From: an uncultured virus (IMG/VR IMGVR_UViG_3300006919_000039)
Lineage: Duplodnaviria > Heunggongvirae > Uroviricota > Caudoviricetes
DNA length: 60,169 bases
Reading direction: 5' to 3' (one strand)
IMG/VR virus record: IMGVR_UViG_3300006919_000039
Shown here: piece after piece, positions 12,101 to 22,200 of the stretch
Layout: the number at the start of each line of letters is the position of its first letter
How positions within the stretch are numbered: position 1 is the stretch's first letter
Translations under genes and position numbers: made by a program
The notes under the pieces: generated by a model
The model's database searches: none
What the model saw: the letters and a program-made list of their open reading frames with translations, nothing else
What the model was told of the DNA's origin: nothing

Positions 12101-13233
12101 ATATTAATGTAAGGCCATTTAGGCGTAGGTAAACTTCCTTTATTTGTAACTATCTGATGATATTTGGCTACTGCCGCCTTTACTGCATTTCCGTAATTTG
12201 TGGTGTATTGGTAAGACCCAGCATTACCTGAACCTATAGACTTGGTGTTGTTTGTTCCACCTGAACTGCTATTTGTTCCTGATCCTCCGCCAGTACTTGC
12301 ATTTCGATTCGTGTTATTAGTACTGCCGGAACCACCAGGATTAGTTCCTGATGTAGAAGATCCAGTGTTGTTATTACTTGAACTTGAACCTGTTCCTGAT
12401 GTATTTGCACCTGGGCCTGAACTTGCACTTCCGCCACTGCTGGAATTATTACCTGTAGGCATTTGTGTTTGTTGTCCACAAGGCACAGTTGGATTGGGAT
12501 CAGTTGCAGGATTATTAGGTGGAGGAGTAGCATTTGGTAATTTTAAAATATGGTCAAAGATATAACTTGCCTTTGGAATTATTACTTTAATATATCTATA
12601 ATCGCCACCTGCAGGTATGTTAAAGTCCATTGCACCTGCATCGGTTACACCAATTAACTGATTAGATAAATTGGATTTGGGTGAACTATTGTTAGAGCGA
12701 TGATCATCGAAATTCCTATTTGCGTAATTGGAGTTTGAAGCACCTGTACTTGATACAACATATTTGTTTCTTAATTCTTGTCTTTCATTATTTGTTAGTC
12801 TTCTTATATTACCCCAAGTAGACTCTGCAAGTAAATTAATTTCATTTCCTTTTTGTGGGCCTGCTAACACTTGTATTCCGTCTGAACCACTGTAATTGTT
12901 AAACAATATTGTAGCGGTGCCAGATCCTGGTGATTCGAAATGGAACTCTTCTGTTTTGTTTGCTCCTTGCTTGTCACTATAATCAAATATTACATATTCA
13001 CCATTTCCACTTTGAGCACCTGTTTGTCCTCCTGTATTAGTTTGTGTATTTTTTACAATTCTTTCACTTGTTCGGTTAAGAGCAGATTTAGATCCTGACA
13101 CATGCATTTCACAACAATGCCAATGATTACTTCCACCTTTACATGTACCTGTAATTAAAATTTCTGAATCGGCCTGCATATCTACTTGTATAACTGCACC
13201 TGCACCATTTGGTGAAGTGTATCCCGGTCCCAT
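6175..13233 (-). CDS. Giant baseplate wedge-like protein, C-terminal part (probably continuous with 13290..24911)
   Basis: 2352-aa ORF with GKVWWDTS, SVYEWV, YYYFWV and EFKPYSSKIR segments typical of large-phage wedge proteins. Its frame is open upstream to 13350, overlapping the previous ORF, and there is no SD before the ATG. Confidence 0.75.
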   Translation of the reverse strand: MGPGYTSPNGAGAVIQVDMQADSEILITGTCKGGSNHWHCCEMHVSGSKSALNRTSERIVKNTQTNTGGQTGAQSGNGEYVIFDYSDKQGANKTEEFHFESPGSGTATILFNNYSGSDGIQVLAGPQKGNEINLLAESTWGNIRRLTNNERQELRNKYVVSSTGASNSNYANRNFDDHRSNNSSPKSNLSNQLIGVTDAGAMDFNIPAGGDYRYIKVIIPKASYIFDHILKLPNATPPPNNPATDPNPTVPCGQQTQMPTGNNSSSGGSASSGPGANTSGTGSSSSNNNTGSSTSGTNPGGSGSTNNTNRNASTGGGSGTNSSSGGTNNTKSIGSGNAGSYQYTTNYGNAVKAAVAKYHQIVTNKGSLPTPKWPYINIAQTSGFYRAPMTGLSFIPSIYRKSVKMVANTGYGSPISLGSGRYVNNQVQKISGGFVVPLAQRLTKNIPLKARPLRNLDAAELPYYNVLDANKSAFEQGGMFYNWNPKKIRGDIKLDDGTFLDITGATLTGADVGLGLGNLLYYSDPYNGASIGGDDPVDTMPVSPPEELAEGPVVLEDDDVNWNPNFQITFQPKFRGASAGPKIVIPLYKPVPGHTIDTSNLSGLNPEDTININGRTIGPFKGTSPEAILKAINCVDATGFEAKPLSGDLIRISSCSNVPLTVKEGCSGGLYKEVLDFHINRAFVAQEVSNTSTVSATTNILDSSGSLVDTAVSYAHLDVTGGVNGYSNVSASQGFVTSSNVVQTGGSGYSIGDRLRVVGGTPIKDPFTGVKEICIKNPGAGYSLPENIVVTIGDGSTPGRNALVKNVVFDANNGIKKVNLYSGGEEFDVNRPPRVTITDTGSIPQPSDYSNALVRGDFVKYMIFEISAIDSVGSVANSIPVGNTIIDINQEGVTVTDNANKIDGINARLKVIVTENDAGVKSATVEVRKGGRHWQVGQTFSVRPDVLGGTFSDSPLTFQVGNVNPLLLRYAQLNKNAAGVDTLGDALREGILTFKSGFLQPQQAELEAVLDNKPGGRVPRVAKFEVTSIDYYGTITSVKILDRGIYKVFPSDLTNGLPLEYDHVLLGDEAGWNNAGTEYVGGSGLGQFDPVTLDNLGSPGGYDPINNKLLGGAGAKIFLTASEIPDCSQPGSAKRALGLPDVIADIDAVADLGSAIQGAIGDAGYGPDDFNIDITPINDLISQIDISSPIFDGLEIGETTPGVLDSLGLPPGDYNIASLCVHAIVETKLKDENPVVANKMNQLVDNLGLGLDTSGPIDVIKLLCVDTIGDDDDDNGQDGISIFGDGKVEFLRDLYQYELRSITGDPVTLLSSGVSQEADILYLESQRYSGNTQISSANTNYPEISGNINSYANIWIDNYNDTGKWAYLENGDVIREQQDLTDTRFINKIITYNNETGIKQNDIHLYDPFKGILPGFIENEIHFIGENDPVVYDSARSNFCDPKMVGKVWWDTSTVRYNWYEQGTSRERWLNWGSTFPGSNISVYEWVRSNQPPTSWALTGTPRSQYIVKSELNPVSNKLQDYYYFWVRNTKALIPFAVQQHGRELSTFDIAKYLANPIGYGLNLISFIDNKSFVMSNIANILSDDNDNLQINFSRNQNPNGKKHDSWLLARKGDNNSNIPEDLSQKLIDSLCGYDKTGKEVPDKNLSEVQKFGSAFRPRQTFFKDVKGARKVAYDFINTLFKSLKMNTEFEDWDSDLVTSRTYFKTENWYGVKSVDNVTKLINYYDDSYKPVYRVNSFTELNSLKNIRDGVVVQIKGSDSDRSQLYQYDGNLRKYNLISIENEIIQLNETFYSDNTNTMLDRELRSILNTIKDNKFNNASYWNIFFFTLLEYAYAEQSGLSWAFKTSYVFVEKEETDLIKFAGFKPDNFDKVLEYMNEFKPYSSKIREYKDGKQPPFEYIKDQMISDFDKPPYADFAQGTIRILDENVESDSQFMANTAEYVKYHSISNKSLSPIRQTKTSLVFDRTNWQPTQFQWNPSSESANSSIATNIAWIKSASNSDVSGNANVRSIDRIIKFDTDVNTKFTNEMEIYLTGQGYVAGSSANTTLISNATILLNAIEAGSLDGTLNSARNKVGGNFIGDILDANVFSKVVEGYDPSLDYQEFFGYDSEAFDTTASDISIEVINYSGTFDSSLVNFRRNDITYEGFDGVSFSRMLYGEDRPEELIQIDPQENFVLTVTTSPYANADSSSNIVVANALPVTYRVHRAMDGESHFLRVRSSTTLSANLLLSDRSITVANASVLPRPTLGTPGVMWIESERITYKERDTVNNIISGITRGTKGTTAENWYVTDEAGANVILNVYDGSRDQEFTDLVGAPESNTFLDTGAVSLADYDSANASSVTSIMKFLHDK

Positions 13234-13289
13234 ATACTTACATTTTATAGTACTTGCACCTACTATGGTTGCATTACCTGATACTACAC

Positions 13290-16200
13290 TTACTGATATT
13301 GTGGTTGTGTCTCTACCTGATTTACAGATTGGTATCCGTGTACATAAATTTTACCACTTTGAGTTACCTTAAATGGAACTCTAAAGGACTGGGTACTACC
13401 ATTATCTGACCATGTTACAGCACCTGCGGCCGCTCTCTTCTTAAAGTCTATAGCACCACCACCTGTTTGTCCTGTTGGACTGTAATATCCTGAATAGTCG
13501 CCGCCCCACTTTCTTTTTCCATGTCCTGTACCTGATACCGTTCCCGATACTGTAATAGTGCCTGTACTTTCTATAGCACAATTTTGTGAGTTCCAGGTTA
13601 AAGGGCCATTTCCTCTAATAATACTATGAGGTATTCCTCTACCTGCTCTATTTGTTGAAGCACATGCGTCTGGGCCACAACGTTTTTCTGGAGCACCTTG
13701 TAAGGCCTGTCCTGTGAATACAGGAGCACCAGGTCCAATATCGTTAAGTGAGCTGTTTTGATTAATTTTAGGTGTCCACACAGGTACGTCAACAACACCA
13801 TTGCTTATTGGTCCTTGGTCAGCATAAGTGTTTCCTACATTAACATCAGGGCCTCCTGTAATACTTCCTCCTGTACCAAAGTATTGTGGAGTTGCCAAAT
13901 AATTGTTGTATGGTGTTTTCACTCCTGAACCATATGCACCGCTTAATGGTGAGTTAGGATCTATATAACTTTGAACAGGGTTTTTATTAAACGGCTTGTA
14001 TCCTGCATTTGCTGGGTTTTTAAATTTAATATGACCCATTTTATCCATACCAGCAGACAAGTTTTCATCTAATTCTTCATTTCTTACATAAGGAGATTTA
14101 CCTGCGTATGCTCTGTATGGAGTACCATCTGGCAAGTATGGTTTTTTCAACATTGGAATACCTAGACCAAATGTATTTCCTTTTTTGTTTATTAATCCTG
14201 CTTTTATGGCCTGAGTATTGTTAAATGACTCTACTATACCCTGTGGAGTAGTTGTATCATCTATTCTAAAACTTGTATTATTTAATTTAATTACATCATG
14301 ATCTAATGTTGTAAGCACACATTCTTTTTCAAAAGTAAGTGGTACACCGTCTGCTACTGAAACTTTTTTGTCTAATTTTATTACACCAGTAACATTCATT
14401 TTACTGATGTCGGTAACTCTAACTCTTTCTGTGATTCCTGAGCCTGTTACTATAAATTTTCTACCTATTTCAATTGGTGGGCTTGATAATTTTATACTGT
14501 TAGAATTTACAACTGAACCGTCTACTACTGCATTAAAAGAAGGCGACACATCGTCTTCTGTAGCATTCCAGGCAAACACATCTTCAATAATAATTTCTGT
14601 ATTGCTTTTTACATAACCTACATTATAAGTTTGGTTGTAGTAAGGGTTTTGTGCCTGGTGAACCATAACACGTTTTCCATTATAGCCTACAGGTAAATTG
14701 TGTGGCTCTGATGTTTTTATATGTAACCCTCTGGTTAAAACTTGTCCTGTGACATCTAAATTTGCATGATAAGGAGCATTAATAACAAAACTGTTTTGTG
14801 TTGCTGATTCTACCTGATAATACCCTCTTATATTATTTGATAAAACTTTTACTATCTCACCAATATATAGACCGTGATCTGGAACTGTAAGTTCACATTT
14901 TGTTAGCAGTCTACCCACCATGTTACTAGCATTTGCAGTAACATTACTCTGATTAAATGTAAAAGTACCATTATTTAAATTTACATTACTTGCTGTAACT
15001 GTTTGTAAATGAACGTTACTATGTTCATGTACAGTAAATTGTACACTTGTTAAAGAATTAGTAACACTTGTAATGGTTGTGTTCGCCACGTTACCAAAAT
15101 AAGATTGGAATGTGGAATCATCTGTGTGTATATCAAATGTACCTGCTACATAATCTACATTACTTGCTGTATATCTTAAACTGGTTACTTCACTTGGAGT
15201 AAAGTCACCTACATTACTTCCTGAGAAAGTCAAATCAATCATTGTGATGTTACCCACGATGTTAGTTACATTTGCTGGATTACTTGCTGTAATAGTAATT
15301 TTACTATCATAAATTGCATTAGCACTACCACTAGTAGCATTTGCTGTATCTGAATGTAATAAACTAGTTGCAGAGTGAGTCACTAGAGTATGTGCTGGGT
15401 CTATAAGGAAAATTTGATCACCGTTTTGTATTGTGCTACCACCATTTGCAGTCATAATTACGGTGCCATTTGCATCTGCTTGTACAACATCACCTACAAT
15501 TTTAGATCTTTGTGCTGGAGAAATATTACTAAAGTCATGATAGAAGGTTGAAGATGCTCCAACTCCAATAGTATCTATGTTCGCTTGTAACATTGTTATA
15601 GCACCAAAGTCTCTTATAAGTGCTGATTTTTTATCAACAACTTCTTGGTTGGTCCATAATACTACATCTTGTGAAGTTCTAGCACGTTTTATAACAAGTG
15701 TGTAATCTAAAAATCTAGATAAATCATTTTGTTGTAATTGATTACTATCTACATAGTCAAATAAATCAGCAGTAGTATATAAATATGCTCCAGGTGTACC
15801 ATCTTGTTCTATAAAAGTTACACCTAAATCTTCAGGCTCTCTGAGTTTGTAAACATTCCAGTCATTATTTTCACTTTTTGCTATATGAATTAATTCATTT
15901 TTACTAGGCTTATAAACTCTGTCAGCACCAAATAGGTCTGGCATATCAATAACACCGAAACTCTGATAGTTTACATGTTTTCTGTCAACATAACCCGCAT
16001 TAGGTATTTGAGTAAACTCAATATCTTTAACACCTGTATAATCTACATTTGAAACAAGTGGCCAAATTTCGTTTGTTCTTATTCCATTTGGCTTTTTAAG
16101 GAACCTGTTTTTGTCATCTATATCTAAAGTTATAATTTCATCATTCTTAATATCAGGAGTAATGTCAAAAATTCTTTTACTTGCAATTTGTACACTAAAT

Positions 16201-19200
16201 CCTTCGTTACTCTGAACTTTTATACTTAAATTGCTTGTAGGAATATCTCCCTGATAGTCATCAGTAAAGTCTATAGTTGCTTTTTCTACTATGTAAATGT
16301 TTGAATTAGGAGCAATATTACCTTCTGGTAAATTAGTTACATCTAAAATTCTTACAGTAGTGTTATTAGGAACTGAATATTGACTTTGATCAACTGTGTT
16401 TTCTAATTTTGTACCATTTACATAAACATCTACATAAGAATAAATCCCTTCTACAAGAGCTGTGTTTTCGTTTGCAATAATACTGCTAGAATTTATCATT
16501 CCAGTTAGTGATGCTATGTTTACATCATATGGTCCACTTGTCGTCAATGTGGAAGTTGTTGTTTGGAATCTATCTCCAGCATCGTATTCCCAATAAGTTA
16601 CATTTCCATCAATTCTTGGTACCAATGTATCGTCTACTGACACAATAATATTGTCTACAGTTGTGTTATTAGCAATAGTAAACCCAAATCTCTGTCTAGG
16701 TTGATATCTTTGTGCTGTTAAATTTAAATTTGCTAATCCTGAGCCACCTAATGTAAAATCTGATCCTGTAATCTGTAATACAAAACTACTGGAGTTTGCA
16801 TTTGAATCAAAAGTTTCTATTGCTGTGGCAACAATATTTGCATTTGTTACACTATCAGTATTAATTGCTGTCACAACATTTGCTACCTCTGTTACACTAC
16901 TTAAATCAATAGTTTGTGCAGATGTATTACTAGCAAAATGGTCTGCTATTGTTATGTTTGCTATACCTGATATGTTAGATTGTGGGAATAAACTTTCACT
17001 TACAGCAGATACATAATTAAATGTATATGTATTACTTGTAACATTAAGGTTAGATGTTAAAACTGTTAGTGTTGTATTTGCTTCTACATACCCTGTTCCA
17101 GGTTCTGTAATGCTTATACTGTTAATAGTACCATCTGAACTTAGTGTTGCTACTGCTGTGGCTTGTTTTTTAGGTGAATTAGTTGGAGCACCTAACTCTA
17201 TTAATGGTGTTTCATAATAACTTGCATTTCTTTCTGTTATTACTATCTCTTTTACTAACCCAGTTATGTCTTCAGGAAATTCCAGTTGGAATAATTGTGG
17301 GTCTTGCACAATATCCTGTTTAGAAAGTTTTAACTCAATACTTTGATTGTTATCTAAATCACCAAATGACCCAGTTTTTAATGCCCATTCATCATATATG
17401 TTTACATTACCCTGGACAATTGAATTACTATTAAGTATTTTACTTATAGAATTTAATGTACCTTTAGATTGTATAGCACCTTTGTAAAATTCTACTTGAT
17501 CATCGTCAGTAATTCCTAATTCTGTTAGATAAGACTTGTTTTCAAATCCTATTAAATTTCTTGATGCATTATATAATTGTTTATCTACAGGAACAAAACC
17601 AATTGTGTGGTAATTTGCCATTGTAGATGTAATATTATCTAAGTTAGGCTGTAATTCCCCTTCGTCAATAATGAACCCTTCAGAACTAAATCTTCCGTCC
17701 CAACCTAATGTTCTTTTACCTTTAAAGTTTAATCTTTTAATTCTTTGGTTTAGTAAATCGTTATAGTAAGTATCATTAAAGTCAGATACATTATCAATGC
17801 TTAAAACATGTTCTAATTGTTTTGTGTATAATGTAATACTATAAATCTGAGAGCCAACTGGTGGTTTAATTTGCAATCTGTTTGCGTCTCTGATTATTTC
17901 ACATTCTTTAGGGTCAATTACAGCACCATTTTGGTCTAATATACTAAATTGATCTCTATATACACGTTTTATTTCAGAAACTGCTTCGTTTTGTTTTAAA
18001 AATTCAATACTACCTGCACCTGGAGAAAGTTCTAATGTATTTCCTACTTCCCAGCCGCCTGTGACCCAGAAAAGAAATTGCTCTGCGGCATAATTCCAAT
18101 TTTTAACATTACCTATACTGTCGTCATACTCTCCAAAGTTAAATCCTATTGATTCTTGATACCTTCCTAAACTTATAAGTAGGTCAAACACTTCTTGTAC
18201 AGAGGTAAACTCTTTATTATAATCTATTCTTTTTATAATACCTGTAGATTCTTTGTAAATTATTCCTTTAGCACCACCTTGTTGAGGAAGTGAAGGTAAT
18301 CTATCCCATTGATCAGAAATAAATGTACTATTTGATGGCACATTCATTCTGGACATGTAATAACTGCCTAAATAGTTTACTATAGTTCCTAATGGATATT
18401 CTTTATTAGATGCCCAATTAATATATGAAACTGGTTTTCCGCCTCTAGTAATTGATTGTGATTCTTTTTGTTTATCACTTTCTAATATGTTAAAATAAGA
18501 TAATGAGGTATCAAAACCTTTTATTTTATAACCATTTATAGTTTTTTCAATAATTACACCAGTGTAATTGTTTCTAGACTTGTTTCCACTGTCGTGTATT
18601 GTGACTTTTCTATTTTCAACCGGTATTATTATACTTGAAGCATTTCCTGTTGTACTATATTGGTCTGTTTTTATTGTTGCAGTATCACTGTCAACAAAAC
18701 CTGCCATTCTATGAGAAATTTTTGTATTTAAAGTTTTTAATTTTTCTTTAAAATTATTAGTTATATCATAATCTTGAAATTTAAGCCAAGATTTTATAAA
18801 TTGTGAGTACCCAATATTAGAAACAAACTGATTTTCGCTATCATATGTTCCATGAATTCTAAAGTCATCATCATTTTTATAATTCCATGTTTTTCTAGTT
18901 GTTTTGCTTACCCTAAATGATTTAGGACCAACAGTAGTTTTTACTAAGGCTATTGGGTCTGCAAAAGCTCTTGCAAATTTTCCAGGTTTTGCTAAAAGTA
19001 AAGAACGAATAACAGCAAAAGGATATGATGAACTATATTTCCATGCATTTTCTACCGGAGCACCATCGCCAATTCTCCATTCTGCATTTTGAGTATTATC
19101 TTGTGTTTGTGTTTCTGTATAAGTACTTCTAATTGCAGTGGTTACACTGGAAGGTGTTGGTGCTATACCTTTTCTATTGTTACTTAGGTCTTGTGGAGTA

Positions 19201-22200
19201 GCAAAAAACTCACTATTATATGTATTATCGGTTTTTGTGCCACCTCCAATAGCATAAGGGAACATAGGAGCACCATCATCATCTATTGTTACCACATAAA
19301 AACGTATAGGTGTGCTTGAAGATTCAGGGGTAACACCATATCTTGTGTTAAATTTACCTGCTGTACCGTTTTGTAAGGCTAAACTTGCACTATATTGATA
19401 ATCTTCAAGGAATAAGCCTGTGTGAGCACCACCTGGGTGGCTACTTCTTGAACCAGGCTTTAATTCAAAACTACTTTTTACATTTGTTATGCTGTTATCG
19501 TCTACAATACCATTTGCATGATAAGAATTGTATCCATATGGGCCATAAATTGGTAATCCATCAAATGCCCAGCCAACAATTCCAGAGTGTGTAGTGCTAT
19601 TACCCCAGACTTCTGTATTACTCATTTCTTCAGTAGGAACATGTGTATGAACAAGCCCGTTATTGTCAGTATGAGCAATTATTCCTTCATCTCTTCCATT
19701 TTTTTCTAAAAATCCTGCATTATATGTCCAGTTACCCTCATCTTCAAATGTTGTTGCATTAGAAGGGTTATAAATAGGCTGTCCATTTACTAAAACACCA
19801 ATTGCACCATCTTGCATACTGGTATTTGACAAAGTTATTGAATTTAAATTTACTTGTGGTATACTGTATGCAGATGTAATTGGTTTTATAGGCTGTTCTC
19901 CAGCAAGTGTTCCAATTTTATCTGTATTATAGTTTGGAATATTTTTACTGCTTACATATACATTAGCATTATCAAAATAAACACTTAATCCGTCAGTCAA
20001 TAAGTAACTGGTAGTTTTGTAATCTAAACTGGTGTTAGAAACTGTTTCATTATATGTTTTTGTTATAGTGGTTGAACCTGTGCTATCTATATCATAAGGA
20101 GATTTTAGATTTCCACTACTATCTACTGGTAAAACATCTTTCAAACCAGGTCTAGCACATGGGTTATTTTCTAAATCTTTGTATTCATTACCACTTAAAT
20201 TTTCTCTAGAGCCCTGTCTAATTAATCCAAGTTCTAAATCTTGCCACATAGGTGTATTATTACTACTGTAATCTGTATATGTAGTTGTGATATATTGGCT
20301 ATCCCACCATGTTGGTTTTTCTGTAAATCCTAACATTTCCCAAGGATGTGTATTAGGTCTTACTGTGTCATAATAGTATTCATACCAGCCTCTCCAGTGT
20401 CCTGGTACAGAAGATGCTCCTCTATAGTTCCAAGTCCACTCGTTATTGCTATCATAAAATTCATTTGTTACAAAATCAGTTTTGTTTTTTAAATTCCATG
20501 TGTTAAAATTGGTACGCATTAAATCATACCATTCATCATTAGAAAAATTAGTATTTCTAAATTTACCTGATCTTACATTAAATACACTTAATTCTGGTAA
20601 ACTATTTGCATCTCTAAATTCTTTTTTAGCACTATTATAAATTCTGATTTCAAATTCTAATAGTATTTGGTCTTCTCTTGTGCCTTTTGTTGGTATTTTA
20701 CTTCCATCATGACCTATAATTACTGAAACTGCTTCTTGGAAACTAGTGTCACTTTCTATTACAGGTTGAGTAAGGGGATATAAACCTAAAACACTTGGTG
20801 TTGGAGGACATTCTGCACTATCACGTTCTTTATCATATATTTTAAATACAAGTTTGTCTGCTAAGGCTAAATCTAAATGAGATGTTGGTGTAAATGTATT
20901 GCTTGTTGTCGTTGATGTTAAGGTATAGTCTTTATCTATTTCTAATAAATCAGTCTGTGTTCCTCTTACTTTGTAAACAAGAATACTATTTTCAATTTTG
21001 CTAAGATCTATATATTTTGCAGGAGTATAACTAGTATCATTTAATGTGTTTATAATTTTTTCTTCAGTAATATAATTATCACCAAACGGTATAGTATATG
21101 TTCTTTGAAAAACATCTTTACCCACACTAAAGGAAATTACATTCCGTAAAACATTGTCTAAAATAAATTCATTGGTGTAATTATCTGCATCTGTAGAGTT
21201 TAAATATTTTTCTATTTCAAAAACAAGTCTATTCTTATAACCAACATATTCTTTATGGCAAAAATTTATAGCATCTACTAAATTGTGCGGTGCTTCGTCT
21301 AATAGGAATGTTCCTAGAATTAAATCCTCATCTGCTTTTACAATATCTTTTGCATCTGAAGGGTTGGCTTTTAAATCTTTAAAATTATTATTACCTAAAG
21401 CATCACCCGTAATACCCGATGTATTTTTTATTAAATTAGAAAAATGCTCTAAATATTCTGGTTTAGATATATTTGTTATATCTAGTTTTTGTATGTTTCT
21501 ATCCCATGTTATTGGTACATCATATTTACTAATACTTCGTTCTGAAATTAACCCGTTTTTAGTGTGAGCTATTATTTCAATCACATCTTTATCGTTAAAA
21601 TCAAAACTATCAAATTTTATTAAACCTTTTTCTGTATAAACATAATTTGTGACAATTTTGTCATTTACTTTAACAACAATATTATAACCACTTGAAAAAT
21701 TTGAATTTTCTTCAGGCTCACAGCCTATAAAATAAACTAGAGACTTATTGTCTAAATCAAATCTATTAATATAATAAAATGTTTTTACTGATTGTTTTGA
21801 TTTGTTATTGCCTTCTTTCCAGGTATTATGAAATTCAGGCACAAGTTTATCTTTTTTATAATAAAAATATCCAGGTATAGAAGTACTTGCATTGTCTTTC
21901 GAATATTTTACCGTATAATTTTCTAAAAAGTTTTCAAATTGTATTTCACTTGACTTATAAAATTGCTTGTATGATAAAGGAAAATTAAGTATAGAATCTT
22001 TAGTACCTGTACCTATCTTATAATTAAATATCTTATTTCCAACAAAATCTGTATTAGGATATATTGAAGTGTCCCCTAAAAATGATCCCTCATCATTATA
22101 GATATTAAACAATGGTGCTTGGTGTAGGTTTAATTTAGATTGTGCCTTTTGTAAAATATTATTCTTCCAGTGCCATTCTGAACCTATATTTTGTTCACCT

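Noticed and set aside
13290..13350. Programmed frameshift in the giant baseplate gene
   Set aside because: No in-phase X XXY YYZ heptamer in the overlap; a one-base indel is the simpler explanation. Kept as a finding only for the fused gene.
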